Numbered from the stretch's first letter, positions 48,865-58,770 are shown. The stretch: DNA of 64,000 nt from a candidate division FCPU426 bacterium (GCA_963719085.1 CAVRAL010000004.1:1152001-1216000), one strand, 5' to 3'. The notes: generated by a model not told the origin, from the sequence alone. Translations and numbers: made by a program.

Positions 48865-50205
48865 ATGAAAAAGAGCGCGAGCAGGTTCGGCTGGATTTTG
48901 GGGTTTTGGCTGTTGCCTTGGGCCGCTTGGGCGGACCTTCAAATTTTGACCCAAGTGCCTTCCACTTATATGTTTCCCGCCCAAGGATTCATGCCTTTCA
49001 ATATCCATCGGGGAACCCAAACCTTGTTGTCGCTCATGCTTCCCGATACTTCCTTTAATAATCCCCAAGGCATGGCCTGCGCCTTGCTCAATAAAGACCA
49101 CGACCCGAAGGCGCCCTTGAACGACGTGATTGTGACGGTGATCGGGGTCAACTCGGGCGCGGGGGAGATTTTTTACAACACGGGATTAAAGGAGTTGAAA
49201 AAGTTCGGCTCTTCGGGCGGCGGCCCCGGCCAATTTCTGTCCCCCACGGGCGCGGCCATCCATCCCAACGGTTCGGTGGCGATCGCGGACACGGGAAATA
49301 ACCGGGTGGCGCTTTTAAAAGACGACGGCTCGCGCCTGCGTTGGGTGAAAGCCTTGGGAACGCTGGGCGCGAAGGCCGGACAGTTCAACGCGCCCCAAGG
49401 CGTGGCCTATGACACGCCGGGCAATCTTTATATCGCCGACACAGGCAACAACCGGATCCAGGCGCGCGTCCCCACGGGAGCGTTCCGTGTTCTTCCCATC
49501 AGCGGATTGGACCATCCCACGGCCCTTTGCGTGATCGACGCCAAGGCCGATTGGAGCTTTTACAAAACCGGGGACCTGGCCAACCGATTGGCCGTCATCG
49601 ACCAGCAGGGGCAACGGCTTCAGACTTTCACGCTGGACGGAAAACCGCTGGCCCAATTTACCGCCGACCAAGCCAGCGACGGACCCATGCAGTTGTGGGG
49701 CTGCGCTTTTGATTATTACGGAAACGTGGTGGCCACGGATTTCGCCAAAGGCTGCCTGCGAAAATTTGGAAGAAACCTGGAATACCTGACCACCTTCGGA
49801 AGCATGGGGGACGAGGATTACCAGTTTGACGAGCCCCGGGGCATCTGCCTGAACACCCAGTTCGGCCAAATGTTCGTGTCGGAAAAAGACAGCGCCCAAT
49901 ATTACTGGGTGGGGGCGGACGCCCAAAACCTGGCTTTCCAGAAAACCGCCCAAGGATTCCGGTTCCCCTTCTTTCTCACCGAGCGGGCCCTGGTCAGCGC
50001 CGTGATCCAAGACGCCTCGGGCAACACGGTTAAAAACCTGGGAGACGGCATGGACTTGGAAGAGGGCGCCCAGGAGCTGGACTGGAACCCGGACGCCTCA
50101 GTCCCGTCAGGCGATTACACCCTGCGGCTGACGGTCATGGCCACCTATTCCACGCGGGAAAGGGAAGCCAAGCAGTTGACCCTGACCGTTACCTACGCCA
50201 AATAA
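48865..50205 (+). CDS. Exported NHL-repeat beta-propeller protein with a C-terminal FlgD-Ig-like domain
   Basis: GQF..P.G.A....IADTGNNR repeats; signal peptide. Confidence 0.8.
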   Translation: MKKSASRFGWILGFWLLPWAAWADLQILTQVPSTYMFPAQGFMPFNIHRGTQTLLSLMLPDTSFNNPQGMACALLNKDHDPKAPLNDVIVTVIGVNSGAGEIFYNTGLKELKKFGSSGGGPGQFLSPTGAAIHPNGSVAIADTGNNRVALLKDDGSRLRWVKALGTLGAKAGQFNAPQGVAYDTPGNLYIADTGNNRIQARVPTGAFRVLPISGLDHPTALCVIDAKADWSFYKTGDLANRLAVIDQQGQRLQTFTLDGKPLAQFTADQASDGPMQLWGCAFDYYGNVVATDFAKGCLRKFGRNLEYLTTFGSMGDEDYQFDEPRGICLNTQFGQMFVSEKDSAQYYWVGADAQNLAFQKTAQGFRFPFFLTERALVSAVIQDASGNTVKNLGDGMDLEEGAQELDWNPDASVPSGDYTLRLTVMATYSTREREAKQLTLTVTYAK

Positions 50206-50244
50206 TTGTTAGTGTATTAGTTTGAAGGGTAATTGGTTTTAAGA

Positions 50245-50414
50245 TGTCTTTGCGAGGGGCGTTTTTCATTGGTTTTAGCGACGAAGCAATCTCAGTTTAT
50301 GGGTGTTTAATCGGTCTTTTGTTGTTGGATTTATTGAGGTTGGAATTTTATTTTAAACTGGGTTTGCTTCGTCATGAACGCCTGCCTATTCGGCGGGCAT
50401 TCCTCGCAATGACA
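50245..50414. repeat. Palindromic element family D (GTCWTTGCGAG..GAAGCAATC type)
   Basis: TGTCTTTGCGAGG..GACGAAGCAATCTCAGTTTA ... TAAACTGGGTTTGCTTCGTC..CCTCGCAATGACA. Confidence 0.8.
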
Positions 50415-50511
50415 GACTAATTCCCTAAGCTCATTTCGTTTCCCCGCCCGAATCAATCGGGTACACTAACCCCCAGTTTGAAGACTTCTATATAGAACAG
50501 GGAGGCGTGCC

Positions 50512-51210
50512 ATGGCCGTTCCGAAGTTGTTACAGACCAACCGCATGAACGAAACCGCCGGCGGAGTCACTTACCACATCGAGGGCGAGTTGGTTCCGGT
50601 TTTGCATGTGGAACTGGGGAATACCCCGGTTTATTTCGAGCACCATATCCTTCTTTGGAAAGATCCTTCCGCCACCATCGGCATCAAGGCCCTTAAGGGC
50701 GCTTTCAAGCGGGTTTTGGCCGGTATGCCGGTTTTGATGACCGAGGCCAAGGGCCCGGGCCGGATCGCCTTCAGCCGGGACGGCGTGGGGCATGTGTTCG
50801 CCATCCATTTGGACAAAGGCCAGTCGATCAACGTTCGGGAACACCAGTTTTTGGCCGCCACCGACAACGTGAGTTACAACTTCACCCGGGTGAAAGGTGT
50901 GGCCAATATGTTTTTAGGCGGCTCAGGATTTTTCATCGATACCTTCGCCTGCGAGTCGGGGACCGAAGGCGTGTTGTGGCTGCACGGCTATGGCAATGTT
51001 TTTGAGGTCGACCTCAAGGCCGGGGAACAGATCGACATTGAGCCGGGCGGTTGGATTTACAAAGACCCGGGTGTGAAGATGGAAACCATCTTCCAGCGCC
51101 TATCCACCGGGCTTTTCGGCGGCGCGGGCCAGCTTTGCTGGAATCGCTTCACCGGCCCCGGGCGCTTAGCGCTCCAATCGATGTACCTGCATATGCCCAC
51201 AGAGGAATAA
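50512..51210 (+). CDS. AIM24 family protein
   Basis: EHHILLWK, VREHQFLAA, LHGYGNVF, RFTGPGRLALQS. Confidence 0.85.
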   Translation: MAVPKLLQTNRMNETAGGVTYHIEGELVPVLHVELGNTPVYFEHHILLWKDPSATIGIKALKGAFKRVLAGMPVLMTEAKGPGRIAFSRDGVGHVFAIHLDKGQSINVREHQFLAATDNVSYNFTRVKGVANMFLGGSGFFIDTFACESGTEGVLWLHGYGNVFEVDLKAGEQIDIEPGGWIYKDPGVKMETIFQRLSTGLFGGAGQLCWNRFTGPGRLALQSMYLHMPTEE

Positions 51211-51216
51211 AAACGG

Positions 51217-51239
51217 GGCCCCGCAAGGGGCCTTTTTTT
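51217..51239 (+). terminator. Intrinsic terminator
   Basis: GGCCCC-GCAA-GGGGCC plus T7. Confidence 0.8.
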
Positions 51240-51272
51240 ATTGGGGACATTCGTCGAATGGGAGAGAACGTG

Positions 51273-52136
51273 ATGCAGGATAAACAAACCCCGGTGCCCG
51301 AGAGCACGGCCTTGCGGGTCGCCCTCTGGCGGGCCTTGCATATGCGGGTCGATCTGTTGCCGCATGTGTTTGAGGATGAGATCGGTTTCAAGCTGGCGGC
51401 GCCCGAGGAGGGTTGGCGCGAGCGCCCGGACATGAATCCGGAATGGACGAAGCCCTTCCGCGCCTCAATATTAGCCCGCGCGCGCTTCATTGAGGATTTA
51501 GTGGTCGAACAATCCGGCCTTGGCGTCAGTCAATATGTGATCCTGGGAGCGGGGCTTGATACCTTTTCCCAGCGCAGGCCGAAGATCGCTTCCCGCCTAA
51601 AAGTGTTTGAAGTTGACCAACCAGGACCCCAAGAATGGAAACGTAAAAGACTGATTGAACTTGGTTTTGGAATCCCGGAATGGCTCAAGTTTGTGCCGGT
51701 TGATTTTGAGACGGGGGATGGTTGGTGGAAACAATTGAAAGCCTCAGGATTTGATGTCGGCCGCCCGGCGGTCGCCGCCTCCACCGGCGTGAGCATGTAT
51801 CTCTCCCAGGAAGCCATCTCAGCGACCCTGCGCCAGGTGGCGGCCTTCGCCCCGGGATCGACGTTGGCCATGACTTTTCTTCTGCCGATCGAGTTGGCGG
51901 ACCCGGAAGTTCGTCCAGGGCTTGAGCGGGCGGTCAAGGGGGCGCAAGCCAGCGGGACGCCTTTTATCAGCTTTTTCACGCCGGATCGGATGCTGGCGCT
52001 GGCGCGCGAGGCCGGATTTAAGGAAGTACGGCACGTCTCGGCGGCGGAACTGGCCCAGCGTTATTTTTCGGGCAGGACGGACGGCCTTCGCCCGCCCAAT
52101 AATTCTGAAGAATTACTGGTGGCGACTTCCGGATGA
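51273..52136 (+). CDS. SAM-dependent methyltransferase (LCM/TIGR00027-like)
   Basis: RARFIED, QYVILGAGLDT, FEVDQP, GVSMYL. Confidence 0.9.
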   Translation: MQDKQTPVPESTALRVALWRALHMRVDLLPHVFEDEIGFKLAAPEEGWRERPDMNPEWTKPFRASILARARFIEDLVVEQSGLGVSQYVILGAGLDTFSQRRPKIASRLKVFEVDQPGPQEWKRKRLIELGFGIPEWLKFVPVDFETGDGWWKQLKASGFDVGRPAVAASTGVSMYLSQEAISATLRQVAAFAPGSTLAMTFLLPIELADPEVRPGLERAVKGAQASGTPFISFFTPDRMLALAREAGFKEVRHVSAAELAQRYFSGRTDGLRPPNNSEELLVATSG

Positions 52137-52169
52137 GATGCCTTTGAAAAAATATAGGCGGAGCCAGCG

Positions 52170-52580
52170 ATGAAACTAGGAACCCATCTCACCTTTAGCG
52201 GACGGTGCGAGGAAGCCTTTCGGTTTTACGAACAATGCCTGGGCGGCGGCAGCCTTCGCCTGCTTACCTATGGCGATTCACCGATGGGCGCCAAGATGCC
52301 GCCTGAATGGCGCGGGAAAATCGTCCATGCCTCCCTCGCGGTCGGCAATATGGAATTAACGGGCGTGGATCTTTTGCCGAAAGATTATGAACCGCCGAAG
52401 GGTTTTTTCGTCCTCTTGAACCTGAGCACCCCGGAACAGACGGAGCGGATATTTCAAGCCTTGTCCGAAAAGGGCGTGGTTCGGATGCCGCTCCAGGAAA
52501 CCTTTTGGTCGGTCCGTTTCGGCATACTGGTGGACCCCTTTGGGGTGCCTTGGGAGATCAATTGTGAGGCCGCTCCCTAG
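52170..52580 (+). CDS. VOC/PhnB family protein
   Basis: CEEAFRFY, MPLQETFWS.RFG.LVDPFGVPW. Confidence 0.92.
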   Translation: MKLGTHLTFSGRCEEAFRFYEQCLGGGSLRLLTYGDSPMGAKMPPEWRGKIVHASLAVGNMELTGVDLLPKDYEPPKGFFVLLNLSTPEQTERIFQALSEKGVVRMPLQETFWSVRFGILVDPFGVPWEINCEAAP

Positions 52581-52693
52581 TTCACGGGAAGTTTACACAT
52601 AAGTTCCTATGGCGTTTGGGTTTTGGTTTATTGTAGGCTATCTGTGCTTTTGGGCTTGATCTTCAAATCCCAAGGAATTCGAGGCTGGACCGA

Positions 52694-53296
52694 ATGGACG
52701 CTTCTTCAGTAGCGGAAAGCTATCGGCGCTATTCCCGAATTTATGTCTTTCACCTGAACCCCGGGCGCTCCGTGGCGGTCCAGCGGATGGAGCTGAAAAG
52801 CGACGATCGGGTATTGGAAATCGGGATTGGGACCGGTTTGTCCCTGCCGCTTTATCCTACCCATGTCAATGTCACTGGCATCGACATCACAGCCGAAATG
52901 CTGGAACGGGCCCAACAACGGGTTGATCTTTTAAACATGGACCACGTTGAGCTTCATTTGATGGACGCGCAAAAGCTGAGCTTCCCCGACCATTCCTTTG
53001 ATAAAAGCATCGCCATGTTCGTGGCGTCGGTCGCGCCCGATCCCGTGGCCATGATTCGGGAAATGAAGCGGGTGACCCGTCCTGGAGGCGGAATCTACAT
53101 CTTGAACCACTTCAGCCAAAAAGGCTCCTTCATGAGTCTGGTGGAAAAAGCGCTGAGTCCCTTCGCCCCCCAATTGGGGTTTGAGCCGCTTTTTTACTTG
53201 GATGATTTTATCGAACGGGCCGGGCTTCAGGGCGCGGTGGACATCCCCATCCAACCTTTCGGTTATTGGCGTTTGCTCTGCTTCAAAAACGAATAA
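52694..53296 (+). CDS. Class I SAM methyltransferase (PmtA-like phospholipid N-methyltransferase)
   Basis: VLEIGIGTGLSLP.YP, MDAQ.L.FPD.SFD, EMKRVTRPGG.I.ILNHF. Confidence 0.75.
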   Translation: MDASSVAESYRRYSRIYVFHLNPGRSVAVQRMELKSDDRVLEIGIGTGLSLPLYPTHVNVTGIDITAEMLERAQQRVDLLNMDHVELHLMDAQKLSFPDHSFDKSIAMFVASVAPDPVAMIREMKRVTRPGGGIYILNHFSQKGSFMSLVEKALSPFAPQLGFEPLFYLDDFIERAGLQGAVDIPIQPFGYWRLLCFKNE

Positions 53297-53311
53297 TCGA
53301 AAAAGCGGGTC

Positions 53312-53797
53312 TTGCCATTGACTAGCCCGAAAAAATTATCTTTTCTACTACTTTTATTTCCGCTGGCCGGATGTTTTTCCGGGCCGCCGCCGGTGCCGAT
53401 CAACGTGGACCAAGCCAAGCAATTCGCCGATCAAGTGGCCCTGGATTATTTCGACAACGACGTCCATGACCTTTATCCGAGGCTGGACCTGGGCTTTAAA
53501 AGCGAGGTCCACAATGAAAACGATTTAAAAGCCGTCCTCCACCACATCCGCTTTTTGTACGGCACCCCCATCGCCTATGACTACAAGGTCGCCACCTATG
53601 GGCACCGTCCCACGGACTCGGGCCCTAAAGCCTATGTGGACCTTTGGTACATCCTGCGCACCAAGCAATATCCGAAAGGGGATCACTACCTCAAGATTGA
53701 GGTGGTTCAAGCGCAGGGAGCTACCTTCTTGGATCTGGGGGGCTTGGGAATTTTGACTTTTCCCGATGGATTGCCGGCTTACTTAAAACAGAATTAA
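53312..53797 (+). CDS. Hypothetical lipoprotein
   Basis: LAGC lipobox. Confidence 0.7.
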   Translation: MPLTSPKKLSFLLLLFPLAGCFSGPPPVPINVDQAKQFADQVALDYFDNDVHDLYPRLDLGFKSEVHNENDLKAVLHHIRFLYGTPIAYDYKVATYGHRPTDSGPKAYVDLWYILRTKQYPKGDHYLKIEVVQAQGATFLDLGGLGILTFPDGLPAYLKQN

Positions 53798-53817
53798 GAA
53801 ACCCTGACAAAAACCTA

Positions 53818-53933
53818 TTTCACCGCCAAGACGCCAAGTTCGCCAAGAAAAACAAAGGACTATATTTCAAAAAATCGCCGAAAATAGGTATTGTTTTTGT
53901 CTTCCTTGCGCGCTTGGTGTCTTGCCGGTTAAA
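53818..53933. repeat. Palindromic element family A
   Basis: TTTCACCGCCAAGACGCCAAGTTCGCCAAG ... CTTGGTGTCTTGCCGGTTAAA. Confidence 0.75.
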
Positions 53934-54056
53934 ATTGTCTTTGCTTTGATTATTGTTATAAGTCCTAAATTGTGCAAAAATAATTTAACGCCATTTGTTT
54001 TTTGCGTCCCCGGGTCTTCGTGGTAAAAAGGGTCATCCTTAAAGGCCCTGGATCCT

Positions 54057-56411
54057 ATGAGACCCTATCTAACGCTTGCCTTTGTCTTGGCGGCGATCGC
54101 GCTACGTTTTTTCCAAGCCGAAGCCGATTTCGCCCGCCAACAAACTGTTTTCCCCCAACCGGTCAAAGGCTCCTTTAAAGTTTGGGTCGCGGAAGAGCCG
54201 GAAGTTCTTTTTGACCGGGAGCCGGGAAGCCATTTCAGCGGCCGCCGGAACGGGTTTTACGAGCCGAACGTCTTTGAGGTCCGCGCGGTTTGCACCCTTC
54301 TTTCGTTCAACGGCCAAGCTGAGCCGCCGGTCAGGGCGAGGGTGAGCTTTAGGCTTTCTCCCGATTCGACTTGCCCCTTGCTCAACGACGGCGAGACGGT
54401 GGAATTTCAGGGCTGGATGGGAATTCCGCCGCCGCCCCAAAATCCCGGCCAGTTTGACTATGCCCAATTTCTCAAAAACCGGGGAGTCGCCTATACGGCC
54501 GCGGTATTGCCCGGGGCTTTCAAGGCTGACCCTGAGGAAAAGCTTCGGGGATTTTTCCTCAACCGCTGGGCGGCTTTTTTAAAGCGCTCGGTGGAAGAAC
54601 GGATTGATTTTCTTTTGCCCTATCCCGAAAACGCCCTGCTTTCGGGCATCCTTTTGGGCGAGCGGGTGGGGTTACCGCAGGATCTGGTGGAAACCTTTAT
54701 CGTTACCGGAACGGTCCATATCTTGGCGGTTTCCGGGCTGATCACGGCTTTTGTGGCCGGAATTCTTTTTCTTTTCTTCCGGGCCGCTCAAGTTCCCCGA
54801 AAAGGCGCCGCGGCGCTGACCCTGCTTGGCATCCTTTTTTTCGTCCTGATGACCGGGGCCCATCCGCCGGTTTGCCGCGCCGGGCTTTTTTCCGGGCTCG
54901 CTTTATTGGCGCTTTTATTGGAACGCCGGGTTTTGGGTGGGACCTTACTTCTGACGACGGCCAGCCTGCTCATCCTGATTAATCCCTTTGTGTTGACCGA
55001 CCTTTCTTTTCAAATTTCTTTTTTGGCCACGGCGGGGCTCATGGTGATGGGACCCTTTCTTATGGAAAAACTATCGTTTTTTTGGAAACCCGCGGCGCTG
55101 GTGGCGGCGGCCACCCTGGCCGCCCAGCTTTCGGTGTGGGCGCTCATTTTGGGTGATTTCAATTTGTTGGCGGTTTATTCGGTTCCGGCCAACCTAGTGG
55201 TGGTGCCTTTGGTTTTATTTAGCACGGCGGGTGGGCTGGCCGCGCTGGGCGCCTCCTTTCTAAACCTTTCTTTAGGAAAACTTTTGGCCGCCGGAGTCTC
55301 AGGTCCCCTGCATCTGTTGATGGCCCTGGCCGCCGGGATGGCCCGTTGGCCCTTGGCCCAGATTATTGTGGCCACGCCGCCGCTCCCCTGGACCCTTCTT
55401 TTTCACGCCTGGCTTTTGGCGGCTTTCTTCGCCTATTGGCCCCGGCCCGAGCCCGAAAAGCCTTCCGAACGCTGGAAGCGGAAAAATATTTTTTATCAGC
55501 GGGCGCGAAAACTGGCGGCGGGCAGCGGGTGTTTGCTTCTCTTTTTGTCCCTGGTCCTGGCGGGGATGGATCGCTTCGCGTCGCGGCCGGCTTTGCGGGT
55601 CACTTTTCTGGCCGTCGGGCACGGCAACGCCGTGGTGGCGCGATCGCCCCAGGGACGGATTTTGATCGTGGATGGGGGAAAGGAAACCATCGGGCCCGAC
55701 CGTTACCTGCCGTTGGTTTCCTATCTGCGTTTTTTAGGGACCCGCGAGGTGGACTCGGCCTTGGACACCCATCCGGACGAGGATCATGTGGGTGGTTTGG
55801 TGAATCTGGTTTCCGCTTTTCCGGTGCGCCGCGCTTACGAGGGCGCGGGCGCGAAGGCTTCCACGGATATTTACCAGGCCTTCCACGCCGAGTTGAGCCT
55901 GCGCGGGGTGCCGCTTTATTTTTTGAAGCAAGGCGATTCGCTTCCCGAAATGGCGCCCGCGGAGGCGCGGGTGCTTCATCCACCGCTGAACTTCAAACCT
56001 CCCCAGGCGGATAATAACCGGTCGGTGGTGACCGAACTGTGCTATCCGGCGGGGCCTTCGGGCGTCTCGGTGCTCTTGCCCGGGGATTTGGAAAAGGACG
56101 GACTGTTAAAATTATTGGCGGATAACCGGCCCTTTCCCCGGATCGATTGGCTCATGGCCCCCCACCATGGCCGCGCCAGCGGGGAGCCGGCCCTTTGCGC
56201 GCGCCGCCTCAAACCCCGGTTTGTGGTCTTTAGCGATCAGGTGGACTATCCCGCGTCCCGCGCCCTCTATGAAAAAAATGATCCCGGCGTGAGGGTTTTT
56301 TCCACGGCTCGGGAGGGCGCGGTGGAACTGGAAATATTTTCCGACGGCCAAAGCCGCTACCGGACCCGCCGGAACCCCCAATGGACAACACTTTCCCCGT
56401 CTATCCATTAA
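54057..56411 (+). CDS. comEC: DNA uptake channel ComEC/Rec2 (OB + competence + MBL domains)
   Basis: NPGQFDY, HILAVSG, SFQISF, VGHG, THPDEDHVGG, PHHG. Confidence 0.93.
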   Translation: MRPYLTLAFVLAAIALRFFQAEADFARQQTVFPQPVKGSFKVWVAEEPEVLFDREPGSHFSGRRNGFYEPNVFEVRAVCTLLSFNGQAEPPVRARVSFRLSPDSTCPLLNDGETVEFQGWMGIPPPPQNPGQFDYAQFLKNRGVAYTAAVLPGAFKADPEEKLRGFFLNRWAAFLKRSVEERIDFLLPYPENALLSGILLGERVGLPQDLVETFIVTGTVHILAVSGLITAFVAGILFLFFRAAQVPRKGAAALTLLGILFFVLMTGAHPPVCRAGLFSGLALLALLLERRVLGGTLLLTTASLLILINPFVLTDLSFQISFLATAGLMVMGPFLMEKLSFFWKPAALVAAATLAAQLSVWALILGDFNLLAVYSVPANLVVVPLVLFSTAGGLAALGASFLNLSLGKLLAAGVSGPLHLLMALAAGMARWPLAQIIVATPPLPWTLLFHAWLLAAFFAYWPRPEPEKPSERWKRKNIFYQRARKLAAGSGCLLLFLSLVLAGMDRFASRPALRVTFLAVGHGNAVVARSPQGRILIVDGGKETIGPDRYLPLVSYLRFLGTREVDSALDTHPDEDHVGGLVNLVSAFPVRRAYEGAGAKASTDIYQAFHAELSLRGVPLYFLKQGDSLPEMAPAEARVLHPPLNFKPPQADNNRSVVTELCYPAGPSGVSVLLPGDLEKDGLLKLLADNRPFPRIDWLMAPHHGRASGEPALCARRLKPRFVVFSDQVDYPASRALYEKNDPGVRVFSTAREGAVELEIFSDGQSRYRTRRNPQWTTLSPSIH

Positions 56412-56440
56412 GAACCCCTAACGAAAACCAAATTAATTGA

Positions 56441-56578
56441 ACAATGATGGACGCAGATGAACGCGGATTTGTAGAAACATTAGGATTTCCGCCATTTTCT
56501 ATCGGCGTTTATCCGCGTTCGCGTCGCTTATCCATATCCTAGTTAGGGGAGAGCGACATTGCCCCGGCGCATCATTGT
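56441..56578 (+). repeat. Palindromic element family C with nested module (short form)
   Basis: ACAATGATGGACGCAGATGAACGCGGAT ... ATCCGCGTTC[GCGTCGC..GCGACATTGCCCCGGCG]CATCATTGT. Confidence 0.8.
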
Positions 56579-56621
56579 AAAAAGGTTTTATTGGAGACTC
56601 TAAATTTTAAATAAGCGGGGA

Positions 56622-57839
56622 ATGTCCTTTTGGTTGATTCCCGCTAAGATGAGCCCGAAGTCATTCACTTCAGTTAGGAGGTTTGTGGCTCCCTTGATTC
56701 CTTCCCCGTCCGGCACAGCGCGAAAAACCGTCATTGATCTTGTCCGGTTCTTCAGTATCTTTGTCGTGTTGGGCTGCCATTTTTATCCCCGCTGGGTCGC
56801 CAACTCGGGCGACTATCCCCACTGGCTGCGCTGGCTTATCCAGACCCTCTTTTTGAACGGGGGCAACGGAGTCACTTGTTTTTTCGTCGTGTCCGGTTTT
56901 TTGATCACCCAAATGATGGCCGAGTCGGCGCCTCGCTTTTCCCACCTGGACCTCCGGGATTTTTACGTGAAGCGGGCGGCCCGCATCGTCCCGCTTTTGT
57001 TGTTGGTGGTCTCGCTGGGATTTGTTTTGGCCCAATGGCAGCCGATTTTCAGCATGCGCCGCTATATTTTTTTTGACGTGCCCACGGGGTTCACCTGGGA
57101 CTTTTGGCTGTCGTTAACGACCTTTACCTTTAATTGGTTCTTGGTGCTTCAAGGATTGACCGGAAAAATCGGACTCCACTGGGCCCTGCTTTGGTCCTTG
57201 GCGGTTGAGGAACAATTTTATTTTCTCTACCCGCTCTTTTTTAAAAGGCTGGGCGGCAAGCGGTCCCTATGTTTTTTCCTGGTACTGATGGCGGTCGTCC
57301 CGGTGCTTTTCCGGGTTTTCGTGGATAAGACGCTGGGGGATGACATTGGCTGGGGCCGTAATTTTTCGCTCGGGGTCTTCGACGCCTTGGCCATCGGATG
57401 CCTGGCTTATTGGGCTTGGCCTTTATTTAAAAGATGGGGCCGCGCCGGTTGGGGGCTTGGTTTCAGCGTTCTTTTGTTGGCTTGGGGTTATACCGGGTTT
57501 GGCTTGAGCGATTCCGTCGATTTTATTTTCGGCCCCTCGTTCGTGGCATTGGGCTGCGCCGGGGTTATTTTAAACGGGCTGGAAATGAAAACTTTTGAGA
57601 GGCCTTTTTGGCGGTGGTTGAGCGGGCCGGGCCGGCTGAGCTATGGAGGCTATTTATGGCAGGTGATCCTCCTTTATTTCCTCATGCCGATCGTATTTCC
57701 CTGGGGCGGTTTGCCCGCCCTTTTCGCTTGGATGCTGGCGGTGTGGGTTTGGTCTTTTATTTCTTACCAATGGTTTGAACAACCGATGAATCGTTGGGTC
57801 CGCTCCTGGTTCAAGATTCGGCCGTCGAAATCCCTGTAA
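56622..57839 (+). CDS. Acyltransferase family 3 (OafA-like); start uncertain
   Basis: DLVR..VLGCH, GV..FFVVSGFLI, FYVKR..RI.P, WSLAVEEQFY, SYG.YLWQ. Confidence 0.92.
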   Translation: MSFWLIPAKMSPKSFTSVRRFVAPLIPSPSGTARKTVIDLVRFFSIFVVLGCHFYPRWVANSGDYPHWLRWLIQTLFLNGGNGVTCFFVVSGFLITQMMAESAPRFSHLDLRDFYVKRAARIVPLLLLVVSLGFVLAQWQPIFSMRRYIFFDVPTGFTWDFWLSLTTFTFNWFLVLQGLTGKIGLHWALLWSLAVEEQFYFLYPLFFKRLGGKRSLCFFLVLMAVVPVLFRVFVDKTLGDDIGWGRNFSLGVFDALAIGCLAYWAWPLFKRWGRAGWGLGFSVLLLAWGYTGFGLSDSVDFIFGPSFVALGCAGVILNGLEMKTFERPFWRWLSGPGRLSYGGYLWQVILLYFLMPIVFPWGGLPALFAWMLAVWVWSFISYQWFEQPMNRWVRSWFKIRPSKSL

Positions 57840-57851
57840 TGGGGCCCCCGG

Positions 57852-57880
57852 TTGAAATCCCGGCCGAAGCTACTTATAAT
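57852..57880 (+). promoter_or_regulatory. Near-consensus sigma70 promoter, leaderless HU mRNA
   Basis: TTGAAA-N17-TATAAT, 7 nt before ATG 57888. Confidence 0.7.
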
Positions 57881-57887
57881 GGGGCTC

Positions 57888-58190
57888 ATGAAGCTAGTGC
57901 TACAAGATATAGTACGGGCTGTGGCCAAGGCCTCCGGCTTGAAGGTCCCCGACGCTAAAGTTGTCACCCAACGCATCATCGACACCCTGGAAGAAGGCTT
58001 GCTCCGGGGAGAAACCATTGAAATCCGCGACTTCGGGGTCTTTAAGACTAAGCTCGTTCAAGGCCGGGTCGGCCGGGACCTTAACCGGGGAATTTCGATC
58101 GCTTTGCCGCCCACGCGCCGGATTAAATTTAAGCCCGGCAAAAAGCTCAAACCCATTCCGGTGGGTGAAAAGCAACTCACTTTGGTCTAA
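57888..58190 (+). CDS. HU/IHF family DNA-binding protein
   Basis: IEIRDFGVF, R.GR..., FKPGKKLK. Confidence 0.88.
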   Translation: MKLVLQDIVRAVAKASGLKVPDAKVVTQRIIDTLEEGLLRGETIEIRDFGVFKTKLVQGRVGRDLNRGISIALPPTRRIKFKPGKKLKPIPVGEKQLTLV

Positions 58191-58214
58191 GGTGTTTTGA
58201 GACAGGGAGCCAGG

Positions 58215-58715
58215 ATGTCCACGACGGTGCATTATTTCGGAAAAATTAAAAGCCCGGAATCCATCCGTGAGTTGAAGGAAGAGTTCCAGGAAATCGCCCA
58301 AGTGAGCGGTTGGACCTTTGAGAAGGTCGACCACGTTTTCGCGCCCACGGAGAACCCGGGTCCGGCCCGGTTGACCCTCAAGGGCATCCGCCTGACCCTG
58401 GGCAAATCCTTCAGCCCGGTTCAATTGACCTTCGATAAAGACGGCTATCTTTCCCATATCTATTACGAGACGGTCATGACCGAAAATCCCTTGCGGGTGG
58501 GCGTGGAAAAAACCACCCAGATCCTCCATCAGGTCCACACCAGCACCACGATGAAGAATCCCGACGCCCAAGACCATATCAGCTTGATCAAGGTTTTGGA
58601 TTATGTGAAGAAAAAATACGTTCCCAATTTGGAAGTGATCGACAATACTGGTTATTGGTATAGCCGGGACTTGGCGGCGCTACGCTCCAAGAGCCTGCAG
58701 TTAATTCCCAAGTAA
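58215..58715 (+). CDS. Hypothetical protein
   Basis: GGAG SD; typical codon use; followed by a terminator. Confidence 0.7.
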   Translation: MSTTVHYFGKIKSPESIRELKEEFQEIAQVSGWTFEKVDHVFAPTENPGPARLTLKGIRLTLGKSFSPVQLTFDKDGYLSHIYYETVMTENPLRVGVEKTTQILHQVHTSTTMKNPDAQDHISLIKVLDYVKKKYVPNLEVIDNTGYWYSRDLAALRSKSLQLIPK

Positions 58716-58726
58716 GTCTCCCCAAT

Positions 58727-58770
58727 AAAAAAACCCCTTTGCGCCCCTTTGGCGGCAAAGGGGTTTTTTT
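58727..58770. terminator. Intrinsic (bidirectional-type) terminator
   Basis: AAAAAAACCCCTTTGC..GCAAAGGGGTTTTTTT. Confidence 0.8.
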
